This document shows positions 35,748 through 46,358 of a stretch of DNA of 64,000 nucleotides, piece by piece. Origin of the DNA: an uncultured Bacteroidota bacterium (GTDB taxonomy: Bacteria; Bacteroidota; Ignavibacteria; UBA10030; UBA6906). A program made the position numbers and the translations under genes. The stretch covers positions 1,860,014 through 1,924,013 of the forward strand of contig CAVOYH010000003.1 of assembly GCA_963700635.1 (NCBI GenBank), given 5' to 3'. The notes beneath the pieces are model-generated. The model worked only from the letters and a program-made list of their open reading frames with translations. It was not told the DNA's origin and did no database searches. The first letter of the stretch is position 1; every line of letters starts with the position of its first letter.

Positions 35748-36961
35748 TGTTGATCCGTATCGCCTGGCGAAATCTCTGGCGGAATCGCGTCCGCTCGGCC
35801 ATCGTGCTGACCTCGATCGTCGTTGGCGTTACCGCGCTTGTCTTTACGGATGCGCTCACCTGGGGCATGGTGCGCCAGATGCTCGACAACCGCGTTGCAA
35901 TGCATGTCGGCCATCTCCAGGTCCATGCGGTGGGGTTTCGCGACGACCCTTCGCTTGACAGGGTCATCGGCGATCCGATGCTCGTCGATCTGGCGGCCGC
36001 CCGTGATACAACCATTGTGGCGAGCAGCTTCCGCGTGACCACGTTCGGCCTCGCGGGGAGTGCGTACAATACGGCCGGTGCCGCGATCATCGGTGTCGAT
36101 CCTGCGAGGGAGCAGCACGTGACGAGTATCGCGCGCTCAGTAGTGGAAGGAGACTACCTGTCCGGTGACCGGAGGGAGATTCTCGTCAGCCGGCGAATCG
36201 CCGGCAGACTGCGGGTCACGGTCGGCGACAAGGTTGTCCTGACCGCTTCCCGGACCGATGGCAGCGTCGGGACCGATGTCTTCCGGATCTGCGGGTTGTA
36301 TACGACGTTCGACTCGCAATTCGACGCGACTCACATGTTCATTACGCTGGGTGCTGCCCAGGGGATGCTCGGGATGGGGAAGGCCGTCACCGGCCTGGTT
36401 GCGTTGGTGCGCTCTCCGGAGCGTGCGGATGTGGCTGCCGCAGAACTTCAAACCCGTCTTCCCGGTGGCCTGGAGGCCGTCAGCTATCGAACGCTCCTCC
36501 CGCTCATCGTTATGCAGATTGAAATGTACTCGCAGATGAGCTGGATCATCTATCTGATTGTCGGTATCGCGATGATGTTCGGCATCATCAATGTGATGTT
36601 GATGTCCGTGTATGAACGTATCCGGGAATTCGGAGTCATGATGTCCATTGGCATGGCAAACGCCTCCGTGTTCCGGATGGTCATGTTCGAGGCCTTTCTG
36701 ATCGGTGCCTTCGGGTCAGTCGTCGGTTTGGTGTTGAGCTGGGGAATCACGTACCCGTTCGCAATCAATGGGATAGACCTCGGCTCATTTGCATCGGGCT
36801 TCTCACAGTACGGGGTCTCCCGCATCATCTATCCGCACTTCGCCCCGATTATGGTCATCAATGTTCTTGCGGTCGTTCCCGCAGTTGTGATGGTGGGCGC
36901 CGTGTATCCGGCATTTCGGGCCGTTCGACTTAAACCCGTGGAGGCAGTCAGACACGTATAA
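35747..36961 (+). CDS. ABC transporter permease (MacB/FtsX, LolC/E-like)
   Basis: IAWRNLWRNRVRS start. NVMLMSVYERIREFGVMMSIG and YPAFRAVRLKPVEA motifs. Confidence 0.92.
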   Translation: MLIRIAWRNLWRNRVRSAIVLTSIVVGVTALVFTDALTWGMVRQMLDNRVAMHVGHLQVHAVGFRDDPSLDRVIGDPMLVDLAAARDTTIVASSFRVTTFGLAGSAYNTAGAAIIGVDPAREQHVTSIARSVVEGDYLSGDRREILVSRRIAGRLRVTVGDKVVLTASRTDGSVGTDVFRICGLYTTFDSQFDATHMFITLGAAQGMLGMGKAVTGLVALVRSPERADVAAAELQTRLPGGLEAVSYRTLLPLIVMQIEMYSQMSWIIYLIVGIAMMFGIINVMLMSVYERIREFGVMMSIGMANASVFRMVMFEAFLIGAFGSVVGLVLSWGITYPFAINGIDLGSFASGFSQYGVSRIIYPHFAPIMVINVLAVVPAVVMVGAVYPAFRAVRLKPVEAVRHV

Positions 36962-36991
36962 TACGTACAGCACGAGAAGGAAGTCGCTCTC

Positions 36992-37693
36992 ATGGTCCAG
37001 GAAACACTCGAAGTGGTCCGAGCGGAAGGAGTGGGCAAGGTATACAATGACAGGTCGGTTCCGGTGCAGGCGCTGAAGGACGTGACATTGACGGTGTCGG
37101 CCGGTGCATTCATTGTTCTGGCGGGCCCGTCGGGTTCCGGAAAGACCACGCTGTTGAATATCCTGGGCGCACTTGATGCGCCGTCGGAAGGAAAGGTGTT
37201 TCTTCAGGGAGAAGACCTTTCGGGAAAAAGTCGCAACGCCCTCGCACGACTCCGCCTGCACAGGATCGGCTTCATCTTTCAGGCATACAATCTGAACCCT
37301 GTGCTCAGCGCATTCGAGAATGTGGAATTTCCGCTGGTGCTCCAGGACGTTCCGTCCCGTAAGCGTCACTCGATGGTCGAAGGGCTCCTGCGCGAACTGG
37401 ACATTGCGCACCTGGCCGATACGCGCCCGAACAACATGAGCGGCGGGCAGCAGCAGCGGGTTGCCGCCGCCCGCGCGATCGTGACCACACCGCTTCTGGT
37501 TCTGGCCGACGAGCCGACCGCAAACCTGGATTCCGTCACTGCTGCGAAACTCCTGGATCTGATGGAGGATATTAATCAAAGCCGGGGAATCACATTTCTT
37601 TTCTCCTCCCATGATCCGCAGGTCATCGAGCGGGCCCGGCGCCTGGTACGATTGCGGGATGGCAGGATGGAGAGTGATGAAACGGTCCGGTAG
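36992..37693 (+). CDS. ABC transporter ATP-binding protein (LolD/MacB-like)
   Basis: [28 protein letters not shown] and SSHD motifs. Confidence 0.95.
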   Translation: MVQETLEVVRAEGVGKVYNDRSVPVQALKDVTLTVSAGAFIVLAGPSGSGKTTLLNILGALDAPSEGKVFLQGEDLSGKSRNALARLRLHRIGFIFQAYNLNPVLSAFENVEFPLVLQDVPSRKRHSMVEGLLRELDIAHLADTRPNNMSGGQQQRVAAARAIVTTPLLVLADEPTANLDSVTAAKLLDLMEDINQSRGITFLFSSHDPQVIERARRLVRLRDGRMESDETVR

Positions 37694-38849
37694 ACCGGCG
37701 CTGAGTCTGTGCATGATCGCCGCTCTCGCCGCCTGTGCCAATGCGCAGGACCTTTCGTTATCGGGGATTGATGGGTATGTCCTCACTCTTCCCGTGTATC
37801 AGGGACGTTCAGGCGGTGCATCATGGTCGGGAAGCGGCACGGAATCCGGGGGGGTTCTGTTGACGAGGGCGCGACTCCGCGGCGAGACGGATGTGACCCG
37901 CACGATCAGACTCCAGATCGAATATGAGCTGGCAGCCATCGCGTCCACCCTCCCGTTCCCTCCGGGAAGTGAGAACAGGAGAATCCCGCGCCAGTGGATC
38001 CGGCTCGATCAGTCTCTGCTCACCCGTCCGTCACTCGTCGTGCGGCACGGCATTGATCGGCTGTATGGCAAGTACGAAGGAGACGTGATCGCTTTCATCA
38101 TCGGACGCCAGCTCATCAGTTGGGGGACCGGAAGGGTCTGGCGCCCCACCGATCTCTTCAATCCCCTCAACCCCGCGGACTACGGAAAAATAGAACGGGA
38201 CGGCGCCGATGCAGCCGCCGCGCGATGGTATGCAGGAGATTTCACCGACCTTCAGGTCGTCTACAACCCCGACCGGACGACACGATTCGACAACTGGGGT
38301 GCCCGATTCCGGACGAATGCCTCAGGCGTGGATTTCAGTTTCATGACGGGTAGCATCGGCGACATGTGGCGGGTGGGTATGGACTTCGCCGGCAATCTCT
38401 TCACTGCAGGCATCCGGGGGGAAGCTCTCTGGTCACGACCCCGAACGCCAGATTCCGTGCGCACAACCGCGGTAGCGTGGATGCTGGGAGTCGATCACCA
38501 GCTCACTCCCGCTCTGTACGCATTGCTTGAGTACTACCATGACGGCGCCGGAGCTTCATCCTCCGGGTTGTATCGATACGATCGTCTTGCGGCAGGGGAA
38601 ATCATCAATCTCGGGTCGGATTATCTCGTCGTCATGAGCACGTACCTGGTCAACCCCCTCCTCCAGGTGAGCGCGACTGCGAATCTGAATGTCCGCGACG
38701 GTAGTGCCTACGTGATGCCCGGAGTCTCCTATTCCCTTGCCCAGAATCTCCAGGGGGGGCTATCGGCCATGATCACTCTTGGGCCATCCGGGAGTGAATT
38801 TGCATTATATCCGGTTGCCGCATTCGCGCGGATCCAGTACTTCTTCTAA
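37677..38849 (+). CDS. Putative outer-membrane beta-barrel associated with the ABC exporter
   Basis: Signal peptide. IDRLY...GRQLISWG.G..W.PTDLFNP segment. C-terminal ARIQYFF beta-signal. Confidence 0.7.
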   Translation: MKRSGRPALSLCMIAALAACANAQDLSLSGIDGYVLTLPVYQGRSGGASWSGSGTESGGVLLTRARLRGETDVTRTIRLQIEYELAAIASTLPFPPGSENRRIPRQWIRLDQSLLTRPSLVVRHGIDRLYGKYEGDVIAFIIGRQLISWGTGRVWRPTDLFNPLNPADYGKIERDGADAAAARWYAGDFTDLQVVYNPDRTTRFDNWGARFRTNASGVDFSFMTGSIGDMWRVGMDFAGNLFTAGIRGEALWSRPRTPDSVRTTAVAWMLGVDHQLTPALYALLEYYHDGAGASSSGLYRYDRLAAGEIINLGSDYLVVMSTYLVNPLLQVSATANLNVRDGSAYVMPGVSYSLAQNLQGGLSAMITLGPSGSEFALYPVAAFARIQYFF

Positions 38850-38874
38850 GCTCCTGAACCCCCCCCACCAGGCT

Positions 38875-41800
38875 TCAGCGAACCTTCAGGTAGGCCATCA
38901 TAGACCGCATGAGGGCCGTCCGCCCCCTGTGGTCGAGTATGGTCTCGAACGGGAAGCCGAGGACGACGATCCGGGAGCCGTCGTTGACCCCGACGGCGGC
39001 GCTGAACAGGTTCTCCTCGTAGCGCAGCAGTGTGGTGCCGCCCCGTACAGGTGCGAGCGATTCCGGCGACTCGACGGCGTAGATACTGTCATTCAACTCA
39101 GTCGAGAATACGAGTGTGACTCCCTGGGGAAGGAAGGCCGTATCGCTGGTGATGACGCGCCCGGTGCGGGATGCATGGTCGCCGACCCAGGAGAATTTCA
39201 GTACCTCTCTCGCGAACCGCATTCCGGTGCTGTCGGCAGGGAGCGTTGACCAGAGATCCACACCCATGTGACTTCCCGAGACCATGAGTGCTCCGCCGGC
39301 CTGGGTGAACGCGCCAACCGCGTTCCGGAGAGCAAGAGGAAATGCGACGAATCGCAGACCCAGGATCGTGTCGAGATCCGGGCGTACGCGAGGGGTGGCT
39401 CGCTCTTCACCCATCAACAGATCAACGCACGCGTACCGGCCGAGGTCAACGAGCGTGTCCATGACCGCTTCGTCGCTGCACGATGCGAACGAGTAGCCGA
39501 GATCACGCAAAGCCCATCCGTGGACGATGGGAAAGTCGAAGGTATTTCCCGCGATCAGGCGTGTTTCGTCGTCGGCAAAACTCGCACCGTGTCCCGGGCT
39601 GTCATTGGATCGGAACGGGGAGTCGGGCCGGAAATCATACTGGAGGCCCGGGAAATTATAGTCAATACGGTCCGGTACGCCGGCATCCGTGAGGTTGAAG
39701 AATCCGGAGAACCCGGGGGCGGTGGCGCATGCCGGGGGGGCTATCCGGTCAAACGCGTTTACAATCAGGACGGTGGGCTTTCCGCTCGACATTCTGCAGA
39801 CCGAGACCACCTCCGAGGGCATGCTCTCGCCTCCGTCATTGAGTGCGGAAACGCGGAAACTGTACACCGTACCAGGAGAGATGTTCCGGACCACGAAGGT
39901 TGGAGCGTCCACCAGTTGCCCGTTATCAAATCCTTCGTCTTCCTCGCGTGTATATACAGCATAGCGATCAGGTACGGCTGTGGGTTCGAGCGGATCAGGG
40001 ACCGGCCGCCAGCGCAGGTGAACGTCACCGCCGGGCATCAGCTCTGCGGAGAGATGGGAGACGGGGAGCGGTTGCACGACTGTACGGGAGTGTGCTGGAT
40101 CGGCGAGAAAGCGAAGGATGGATTTGTAGATCGCGCGCGCCACATCGAACCGGAATGCGGGATCCAGCATGAAGCGGGAGTCGAAGAAGTTCTGGTGTGA
40201 GAGAAGCTCCAGAAGAACCCCGGGGAAATTCGGTCTCACGGCCTCACTGTAGTCGGCGTTGCGCAGCTCCCGGCGCTTCCAGGCCGGATCGTACAGGAGA
40301 CGGATGTCGTTGACGATCTGGGTCTGCATCAGATCGGCAAGGTCCCGGTTCGCCAGCCGGGATGTCCCGTCCGGGAAAACCCGTGCCGAATCATACCCTT
40401 CCACGCTGTAGATCAACAGCGTACCGATTGCCGTATCCCCGGAGGTTATCCCCGCGTCGGTGTGAAAGGCCAGGGAAAGGTCGATCGGAATGCCGAGCCC
40501 CTTCACCGACCGGTCAGGATTGGGGCCAAACGGCGCACCGGTCAGATAGTTGCCGTATTCTGCGCGGCTCTGATAGTCGTCCCGGTAGTCATTCATATTG
40601 TTGTTCAGGCTGTAGACCAGCGTATCCGGCATTCCGGCAAATTGTAGGTAATACCGTGCTCCTTCCATAAATCTCGGTCTCCCGCTCGTTGCGCCGTTGC
40701 GCTCGACGATACCCATTCCCCCTCCGAACTTGACCGCGTCGGCGCTGACATGGAGATTGGGGATGGCACTTGTGCTGGTGAGAACGACGGATCCGCTGTC
40801 GGCGTGCTTTCCCATCCGGAAACCGAAGGTCCCGAGAAGATGCCATGTGCCGCCGCCAACGCGCTGGTTCACGCGAAACGACGTTGATCCCCCCGAATGG
40901 TACACAGTGTACCGGGCGTCTGCTGCACTGCTGTCGGTGGCCGCGTAGGAGACCGAGACGGTATACATGCCACTGCGGGGAATGTCGGGCGTCCAGCGCA
41001 CGCGCGCGGATCCGTCACGATCGGTTGTTGTCCAGCGGGACGTTCCTTGGAGAAAAGGGTTGACGTTCGGCGGATAGGAGAGCGCCGGGGCGAATCCCGG
41101 TGATGACGTCCGCCAGCCCTGGTTCGGTGAGGTGTGGGCTTCAGCGTATCCGGATTGAGCGCTATCGTTATCCACCAGCACCTCCATGGTCTGGGTGTCA
41201 CGCTCGCGCGGCACGAAGACACGCGCTCCTGCATGCTCCAGCATGGGTATGAGGTAGGGGATCGTGAACGAGAGGGGACCCAGGTCTTCCACTGACTGGA
41301 AGAGCCGCGGGCGTTGCCATTCCCACCGTTGCGCGGTTGCATTATAATACCAGCCGTGGCTGTGCCACACGAGGAGGTTTCTGTTCTGCAGTCCGCGGGA
41401 GGGAAAGGCCGGCTGACTGATATTCAGAACGACGGGTTCGTGGAACGGGAATGGCGTCTTTGGGAGCCGGCGTACGTCAATCTTCGACGGATCGGTGCGG
41501 TAATAATTGGGCACCAGCTCTTCAATCGGAGTGCCCAGCGAGACCACAATGAATCGGTATCCCCGGTACAGGTCGCCGAACATCTCACGGAGTGCCATGT
41601 AGATGGTGTCGACGGATTCCGGCCGGAATGGTCTGTATGCGAATTCCTTGCTCAGGAAGAACCGCACGGTTGTTGTCGTGTCATCAACCAGCACAGAATC
41701 CACTTTGGTTCCCGGGGGAACGAGGAAGGGAACGTCATGCTGGAGGATGGCGTCCGTAAAGGTCCGAGCTCTGTCGACTCTGAGCTGCTCCGTGGAAACG

Positions 41801-41922
41801 CAGCCGGCGAGGATGCTTGCCAGAACACACAGCACCACCGCGCGGGCTGGCGCGCAGGCTGCACGTGAAGGGCCTGTCGCAAAGGGCCGGGCGGTGCGAG
41901 ACTCAAGAATGCGGATATGCAT
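38875..41922 (-). CDS. Lipoprotein with Amidase_3-like fold, inserted golvesin-like domain and FN3 (often annotated 'xanthan lyase')
   Basis: Lipobox ILAGC. WHSHG, EDL, AFHTDA and LLELLSH Zn-amidase motifs. WTP.IP..G.Y.V...ADAVKFG golvesin-like segment. LRW.P...YSFRVSALN.GGES FN3. Confidence 0.72.
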   Translation of the reverse strand: MHIRILESRTARPFATGPSRAACAPARAVVLCVLASILAGCVSTEQLRVDRARTFTDAILQHDVPFLVPPGTKVDSVLVDDTTTTVRFFLSKEFAYRPFRPESVDTIYMALREMFGDLYRGYRFIVVSLGTPIEELVPNYYRTDPSKIDVRRLPKTPFPFHEPVVLNISQPAFPSRGLQNRNLLVWHSHGWYYNATAQRWEWQRPRLFQSVEDLGPLSFTIPYLIPMLEHAGARVFVPRERDTQTMEVLVDNDSAQSGYAEAHTSPNQGWRTSSPGFAPALSYPPNVNPFLQGTSRWTTTDRDGSARVRWTPDIPRSGMYTVSVSYAATDSSAADARYTVYHSGGSTSFRVNQRVGGGTWHLLGTFGFRMGKHADSGSVVLTSTSAIPNLHVSADAVKFGGGMGIVERNGATSGRPRFMEGARYYLQFAGMPDTLVYSLNNNMNDYRDDYQSRAEYGNYLTGAPFGPNPDRSVKGLGIPIDLSLAFHTDAGITSGDTAIGTLLIYSVEGYDSARVFPDGTSRLANRDLADLMQTQIVNDIRLLYDPAWKRRELRNADYSEAVRPNFPGVLLELLSHQNFFDSRFMLDPAFRFDVARAIYKSILRFLADPAHSRTVVQPLPVSHLSAELMPGGDVHLRWRPVPDPLEPTAVPDRYAVYTREEDEGFDNGQLVDAPTFVVRNISPGTVYSFRVSALNDGGESMPSEVVSVCRMSSGKPTVLIVNAFDRIAPPACATAPGFSGFFNLTDAGVPDRIDYNFPGLQYDFRPDSPFRSNDSPGHGASFADDETRLIAGNTFDFPIVHGWALRDLGYSFASCSDEAVMDTLVDLGRYACVDLLMGEERATPRVRPDLDTILGLRFVAFPLALRNAVGAFTQAGGALMVSGSHMGVDLWSTLPADSTGMRFAREVLKFSWVGDHASRTGRVITSDTAFLPQGVTLVFSTELNDSIYAVESPESLAPVRGGTTLLRYEENLFSAAVGVNDGSRIVVLGFPFETILDHRGRTALMRSMMAYLKVR

Positions 41923-41933
41923 AGGCCTTCAAT

Positions 41934-44597
41934 TCAGAATGCAATGGTGAAGCCCACACTGGGCAGGAAAGGAATCATTGTTGTTTGTATGGTCTGGTTC
42001 TGCAACGTCGATCGCTCAAGGTAGTATTCCTGGATGGCAACATTCCTCCGGTTGTAGACGTTCATGATGTCCAGGTACAGACTCCATTCCCATCCCCACC
42101 AGTCTGTGTACGTGGTGGCCCGCAGGTCGAGACGGTGATAGTCGGGCAGCCTGCCGCTGTTGAGGTTCCGCAGTCCGCCACGGTCGGTAACAAACACGAC
42201 GCCCCGCCAGTCGGTGTCGATTGCGGGCGTTACCTGGCCTGTCACGGAATCGCGCACGTCATACATCCTGGGCGTAAACGCCACGGGCGGCGTGTTGGGA
42301 AACCCGCTGCCATACGTGAAAGTGACGTTGATGTCGAGCCAGGAAGCCATCCGCCATCCCAGCACGACCGAGAGGGTATGGCGGCGGTCGAAATCAAAGG
42401 GATATGTCCACCCGTGTCGTTCCCGTGTCGCTTTTCCGTACGCGTAAGAGATCCAGCCATGAATACCGCTCTCTCCGCCTGCGAACACTTTCTGGAGGAC
42501 GATCTCTCCGCCGAACGAGGAACCGCTCCCGCTGTTATCAGGAAGTGTTGTGAGCGAGTCTCCCGGAACAGCAGACGGAAGCGTCCATCCATCCGGGCTG
42601 GTAATGTCCTTTCCTTCAATGCGCTCAGTTCGATACACCGTCCCGGTCACGATCTTCGGGAACACGAGGTCCCGGAAACTCTTTGTATATCCTTCAAGGC
42701 GTAGTTGCCATTCCGGTGTCACCATGGTTTCCCACGACAGCGCCGTATGGACGGCCCGCTCCGCTCTGAGCGCCCGTGCGTGCCCTGAGGAGAGGTCGTA
42801 CGTGGTGTTGGAAAGATAGATGTCATAGCCGGGGAGGAACGATTTCTCATATCCTGGTGACTGATAGTAGATACCCCACGCGGCGCGAAGCCGGGTGGAC
42901 GGGTTCCATTCGTACACGACCGAGACGCGGGGGGAGATATACGCCCGGCGGAGGATGCCGAGATAGTCCGCACGAAGGCCCGGTTCGATGGTGAAGTGTT
43001 CTCCAACCCGGTAGGTGTCCTGAACGTACGCACCGATCTGATCACTGTTCACAGACGAAGCATAGGCATCGGGCAGCATTGAAAACCGGAAATTCGACCT
43101 CCGGATGGCGAAGATGCGAGGGTCGAACCGTACTCCCAGATCGATGTCGTTGAGAAGGCGTTTGTACGCAATGCCGCCCTCGATCGTGTGGTCTGATGAT
43201 GCCTGCCACGTCAACGTCGCGTCGAGCGCAAATTTCCGAAAGAGAAAATTGTAGGCGCCCGCCGAGCGAAGAAGCCGGGGTGCGTCAATGCCAGCGCGTA
43301 CCAGGGAGTCTTTGAGCCGTTCGTACTCTTCCGATGACATGTTGAATCCAAATGATATGGCGGCATTCTGTTGCCCCTTGAACGTATTGGAGCCCCCATT
43401 CTGGTAGAAAGAGACTGAGTACTGGCCAATGAGGTCGGGGGAATGCGTCCATGTCCACTGCAAGCCCGCCACATCATTGAAGGTCAGGTCGTCGAGCGTG
43501 ATCTCCTTGATCGATCCCGCCGCCGGGGCTTCGTTCAGGGTTGCCCTGTCACGATTCGTGATCCCGGTAAAGACGATCTTGTGCCGGTAATCCGGCTGCA
43601 ACGAAAGCCGGAACTGGAAATCCTGAAAGGTCGGAAGAATAACCTCGCCCTTGGCAATGCCGGAGGACCGGACGATCGGACCGGCGATGAGATCATAATA
43701 GGTGCGGCGTGTGGAAAGAAGCCATGAGCCGTTCCATGGCGGAGCATTTTCTGTGTAGTATAGATCGGCACGTGCGGAGTCCTCCTCTTCCCGGGTCTCG
43801 AGGAGAAAGGCCCCTTCTGCGACCATATTCAGATTCGTCAGGCTCAGGTTGGCGCGTGCGGAGAACGGCCCGCGCGTCAGGCTTCCGTCGCGGTTGGTGA
43901 CGTCGACCACCGCGGAAAGGCGGTCAGCATACCGCACGGGAAAGCCTCCCGTGAAAACGGAAATGCTGCGCACGGTCTGCGGGTTGAACATAGACATCGC
44001 CCCGTACAGACGGTACGGGTTGTAGATCTCTATGCCGTCCATCACAATGAGGTTCTGGTCGGGTCCGGACCCACGAATGATCAGTTGTGAGGAGAAATCA
44101 TTGGCCGACGTAATCCCGGGTGACGACTGGAGGGTTCGCAGGACATCTTCCCCGGCCCCTGCTCTTCGTTGAACGTCCCGCGGCGGCATTGAGGTGAGGG
44201 TAAACGCGCTGGAGGGATCGGTACCGCTCCGTATCCCGGCCGTAATATCGATTCCCTGGAGAGAGTAGACCATCGGGGTCAGGACAAACACCCGTTCGGT
44301 GGAATCCGCACGGGAGACCGTGACCTCTTTCCGCAGACGCCTGAAGCCGACGAGGCGGACTTCGACGGTGCAGAGTCCCGCGGGAACGCCGCGCAGAAGA
44401 AACCTGCCGTGCACATTGCTGAACGTCGCCTGTAAACTACCACGCAGGCCGATATGTGCCCCGGTGATGAGGCCGCCCTCGGGATCGACGACACGCCCCC
44501 GGAGTGTGATCTGGGAGAATGCTGTCGATCCCGCTGACAGCACATGGAGAGCGACCAGTGCGGACACAGCCCATTGTTGAATTCGAAACCGCTTCAC
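41934..44597 (-). CDS. TonB-dependent receptor
   Basis: Signal peptide and CarboxypepD_reg-like N-terminus. GEDVLRTLQ..PG, IRGSGPDQNL..DG, GGFP.RY.DRLSAV, RLPDYHRLD and C-terminal F. Confidence 0.92.
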   Translation of the reverse strand: MKRFRIQQWAVSALVALHVLSAGSTAFSQITLRGRVVDPEGGLITGAHIGLRGSLQATFSNVHGRFLLRGVPAGLCTVEVRLVGFRRLRKEVTVSRADSTERVFVLTPMVYSLQGIDITAGIRSGTDPSSAFTLTSMPPRDVQRRAGAGEDVLRTLQSSPGITSANDFSSQLIIRGSGPDQNLIVMDGIEIYNPYRLYGAMSMFNPQTVRSISVFTGGFPVRYADRLSAVVDVTNRDGSLTRGPFSARANLSLTNLNMVAEGAFLLETREEEDSARADLYYTENAPPWNGSWLLSTRRTYYDLIAGPIVRSSGIAKGEVILPTFQDFQFRLSLQPDYRHKIVFTGITNRDRATLNEAPAAGSIKEITLDDLTFNDVAGLQWTWTHSPDLIGQYSVSFYQNGGSNTFKGQQNAAISFGFNMSSEEYERLKDSLVRAGIDAPRLLRSAGAYNFLFRKFALDATLTWQASSDHTIEGGIAYKRLLNDIDLGVRFDPRIFAIRRSNFRFSMLPDAYASSVNSDQIGAYVQDTYRVGEHFTIEPGLRADYLGILRRAYISPRVSVVYEWNPSTRLRAAWGIYYQSPGYEKSFLPGYDIYLSNTTYDLSSGHARALRAERAVHTALSWETMVTPEWQLRLEGYTKSFRDLVFPKIVTGTVYRTERIEGKDITSPDGWTLPSAVPGDSLTTLPDNSGSGSSFGGEIVLQKVFAGGESGIHGWISYAYGKATRERHGWTYPFDFDRRHTLSVVLGWRMASWLDINVTFTYGSGFPNTPPVAFTPRMYDVRDSVTGQVTPAIDTDWRGVVFVTDRGGLRNLNSGRLPDYHRLDLRATTYTDWWGWEWSLYLDIMNVYNRRNVAIQEYYLERSTLQNQTIQTTMIPFLPSVGFTIAF

Positions 44598-44609
44598 GAC
44601 CTTCCCGCG

Positions 44610-45167
44610 CTAGAAATACACCTCCAGACCGAGGGCGGGACTGGCGAGCCCGAAATACGACAGCTTGCTCTTGCCCGACATTCCGATATCGAAGAAGCGC
44701 ACCTGGCCGGTGATGGACACAGTCCGGGCGAGGTCATACGAAATGCCGGCACTCCCCCAGAGCGAGGAGTTGGTCTCGCTCTCGCTTGAACCCTGATTCC
44801 CGCTGGTTCCCGGAAGTTTTACATTGTAGGTAATGATGGCAACGCTGAGCTTGAAAAACGGGCGGATATCCTTCATCCCGCCAAAGAGGATTTTGCCGTA
44901 CGGGGCTATCTCAAAAGCCGTCACGTTGTCGAATGCTTTCGAATCACCGGATGACGAACCGGTCAGGAAGCCGAGCTGGAGTCCCGCATGAATTGATGGA
45001 GTGACAACATACGCACCGGACAACCCATACACAGGGACGGGCACCAGGCCTATGCTGACGGCTTCGCCGACGGTAAAACCGATACCGAATTGTTTCTGAG
45101 CCCGGGTGGGGACGGCGAGGATTGAAAGAACGAGAAAAAGGGAGCCGATGCTGGTGAAACGTTTCAT
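44610..45167 (-). CDS. Small outer-membrane beta-barrel protein
   Basis: Signal peptide, alternating amphipathic strands, C-terminal LGLEVYF. Confidence 0.7.
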   Translation of the reverse strand: MKRFTSIGSLFLVLSILAVPTRAQKQFGIGFTVGEAVSIGLVPVPVYGLSGAYVVTPSIHAGLQLGFLTGSSSGDSKAFDNVTAFEIAPYGKILFGGMKDIRPFFKLSVAIITYNVKLPGTSGNQGSSESETNSSLWGSAGISYDLARTVSITGQVRFFDIGMSGKSKLSYFGLASPALGLEVYF

Positions 45168-45270
45168 GGAACCTCCATTTGTTCAAGAAGAAAAGGAACG
45201 AGTGGGACCCGCACACAGCGGGGAACCGTTGGGTGGGCTGGCACGCGGATGACGCCAGGCCCGAAAGCTG

Positions 45271-46251
45271 TCAGTCCTGAGAGCCTGAGTAGAAGTTTCT
45301 GTCCCAGGAATGGTGACGCAATTCAGCCATGATGGTTGCCGACAACGGACGACCGTCCGAACATGCGCAATTGCGCTGGACGTTCTCGACCGAGCGCATC
45401 CCGGGAATGACCGTGGACACAGCCGCCGGATGGAGACAGAAGCGCAGAGCGAGTTCAGGAAGCGTTGTGGCTTCCTCTCCCAGAAGTCCCCGCAAACGTT
45501 CGTTCCGCTCAAACACCTGGCGCTTCCGATCACCCTTGAAATAGCGATTTCTCCAGTCGCCTGCGGGAAACGTGCACTCAGGCGTGATCGTGCCCGTGAG
45601 CCCCCCCTCGTCGAGCGGGACACGAACAATCACACCCACACTGTTCTCCGCGCAGAGCCGGAAGAGATCTTCCTCGGGCTTCTGATCAAAGATGTTGTAG
45701 ATAACCTGGACGGCATCGATCTTGCCTGATGCCACGGCGCGCAGGGCATTGCCGGGCTGATGGTCGTTGATCGAGATTCCGGCGAACCGTATCTTCCCTT
45801 CCGCCTTCAGCGCACTGATCGCCTCATACCATTCGGAGACGTCAGTCCAGTCGTCCTGCCAGACATGGAATTGCTGGAGATCGATGCAATCGACGCCCAG
45901 ATGGCTGAGGGACTTCTCGGTGCAGTCGACGATGTGTTTGAACGGGAATGCGTCGGCGATGGTGCTCCCCGGACGGGCCGGCCAGACCATGTTTTTGGGA
46001 GGAATCTTCGATGCCACGTATAGACGCTCCGATCGGGAGCGCACAAACTGTCCAATAATCTGCTCACTATGCCCGTTGCCGTACGCAAGCGCGGTATCAA
46101 AGAAATTGACTCCGAGGTCTGCGGCCCGATGAAGCGCCCTGAAGGATTCTTCATCATGCGCCCCGATCCACATGGACCCGCCGATCCCCCAGGCGCCGAA
46201 CCCGATTTCCGAAACGTCAAACCCGGTTCGGCCGAGGTTCCGATAGTGCAT
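45271..46251 (-). CDS. Aldo/keto reductase
   Basis: [34 protein letters not shown] and VIPG motifs. Confidence 0.94.
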   Translation of the reverse strand: MHYRNLGRTGFDVSEIGFGAWGIGGSMWIGAHDEESFRALHRAADLGVNFFDTALAYGNGHSEQIIGQFVRSRSERLYVASKIPPKNMVWPARPGSTIADAFPFKHIVDCTEKSLSHLGVDCIDLQQFHVWQDDWTDVSEWYEAISALKAEGKIRFAGISINDHQPGNALRAVASGKIDAVQVIYNIFDQKPEEDLFRLCAENSVGVIVRVPLDEGGLTGTITPECTFPAGDWRNRYFKGDRKRQVFERNERLRGLLGEEATTLPELALRFCLHPAAVSTVIPGMRSVENVQRNCACSDGRPLSATIMAELRHHSWDRNFYSGSQD

Positions 46252-46286
46252 TCCATCTCCTGATTGGTATTCTGTCTAACAAAGAC

Positions 46287-46315
46287 AGTATAGCAAGGGG
46301 CGCCGATAAACACAA
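46287..46315 (-). promoter_or_regulatory. Putative sigma70 promoter of the aldo/keto reductase gene
   Basis: Minus strand TTGTGT-17 bp-TATACT with an extended -10 TG. Confidence 0.55.
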
Positions 46316-46323
46316 GCATCCCC

Positions 46324-46352
46324 TTGTGCATTGCCGATTCGTTTCTTAGATT
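46324..46352 (+). promoter_or_regulatory. Putative sigma70 promoter of the FHA-SLT gene (apparently leaderless)
   Basis: TTGTGC-17 bp-TAGATT, 6 nt before ATG 46359. No SD sequence. Confidence 0.5.
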
Positions 46353-46358
46353 TGGCTT

